A stretch of 64,000 nucleotides of DNA from Hydrolagus affinis (taxonomy: Eukaryota). The translations under genes and the position numbers were made by a program. The DNA is taken from assembly GCA_012026655.1 (NCBI GenBank), contig JAAILG010000406.1:1-64000 (forward strand), in the 5' to 3' direction. Below are positions 62,883 to 64,000 of this stretch, piece after piece. The notes beneath the pieces were generated by a model. That model did no database searches, had not been told where the DNA came from, and saw nothing but the letters and a program-made list of their open reading frames with translations. The first letter of the stretch is position 1. Each line of letters begins with the position of its first letter.

Positions 62883-63184
62883 AATAATAATAATCCTTGC
62901 ACTTGATATAGCACTTTTCACATCTTATCGACGTCTCAAAGCTCTTCACATTACATAGCATAAAGTGAATTGACTGTATATTTGTGGACGAAACAAAGCA
63001 GCCAATTGCACACAGCAGCGTCCCCCACAAACAGTCTTGGATTGAAATGACTTATTTTATTATTGTGTTGTTTTTTTGGTGGGATTATTATTAGGCGTGT
63101 GTGTGCGTGTGTGGAGTAAGGAAACTTGCCCAAGGTTTCGTCCTGACCTGCCTGGATTCGAACACGGGTCTCCAGCTTGTAAGT
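62883..63184 (-). mobile_element. Same SINE family, slightly 5'-truncated
   Basis: B box (ggattcgaac on +), core and AAT tail. Confidence 0.85.
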
Positions 63185-64000
63185 GCCGGAAATGGCCCCC
63201 AATGAATTTACCGTCATTTTCCAGCACACGCGCTTGCCATGGCTGTGGTGCAAACCGAGCAGTTACTACTCGCCCACACGGACAGCGATGAAAGGCGATG
63301 GACTGCGCATTGAGAAGCCGTGGGATCACGGTGGGCGTGCGTGAGGGAGAGTTTTGCGCGTGGGCTCGTGGAAACGTATTCGTCAACGCAGAAATGTTCG
63401 CGGATTTCTGTCTAGGTTGAAATTCTGGACGCTGGCAATCTAGGGTCTTGTCTCACCTTTGATTTGTTAGCATGCCTTTCATTCACACCAGGTATGGGTT
63501 AACGTGCCACTGAAGCTTTGCACAGCCATGACCTAGAAACATCTTGTGAAGTCTGTGGTTTACCTATTGCCTTTCGTATGTATACCAGGCTTCAGATATT
63601 TTTCTGCTGCTGAGGTAAACTGCCTTGTGGTGAACTGTTTGTGTTAAAAAAAAAACTTTGCAGTTCCCATCCACGCTGCAGAGCGCACTGCGGCGTTGAG
63701 CTAATTAAATGAGGAAATAACTTTTTTTTGTTCTGAGAAACAAATGATTTGTCGCTCTTTCGACCGCGTTTAAATCATATGAAAATCGTTAGGTCGAAAA
63801 TCGAGTTACACTCCCGCACAGGGCCATGTGTTCTGAGCAGACAATCCACTGAATTAAATTCCCAGATATTAATATTTCCTTTTGCATTGACAAAAACTCG
63901 CCCTGACCCCCCACCCCACATCCCTCCCTCCCGCCCCCCCACCCACACACATCCTCCCCCCAAGTCAACAATGCACAGTACACAAATATACAGTCAATTC

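Noticed and set aside
916-63184. Recurrent short ORFs such as [21 protein letters not shown] as a peptide family or CRISPR-like array
   Set aside because: Translations of dispersed SINE tails in both orientations; no regular repeat-spacer period.

Overview
Vertebrate genomic DNA, most likely a cartilaginous fish (probably a chimaera; inferred from the repeat families). It is mostly intronic/intergenic and dense in tRNA-headed Deu-domain SINEs, L2/CR1 LINE fragments and a small Tc1/pogo-like MITE; nearly all ORFs in the supplied track are noise. 1-20.5 kb (+) holds the 3' end of NCAM1: transmembrane exon, first cytoplasmic exon, the 807-nt NCAM-180 exon, the last exon and a ~2.3 kb 3' UTR. 33-61 kb (-) holds a tandem array of four intact two-exon CD225/dispanin (IFITM-like, WSxxNxxCCCxPLG type) genes of 82-122 aa plus a dead duplicate exon, lying tail-to-tail with NCAM1, where TTC12 usually follows. 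This array is the most interesting content. Two 100-N gaps lie within the array.
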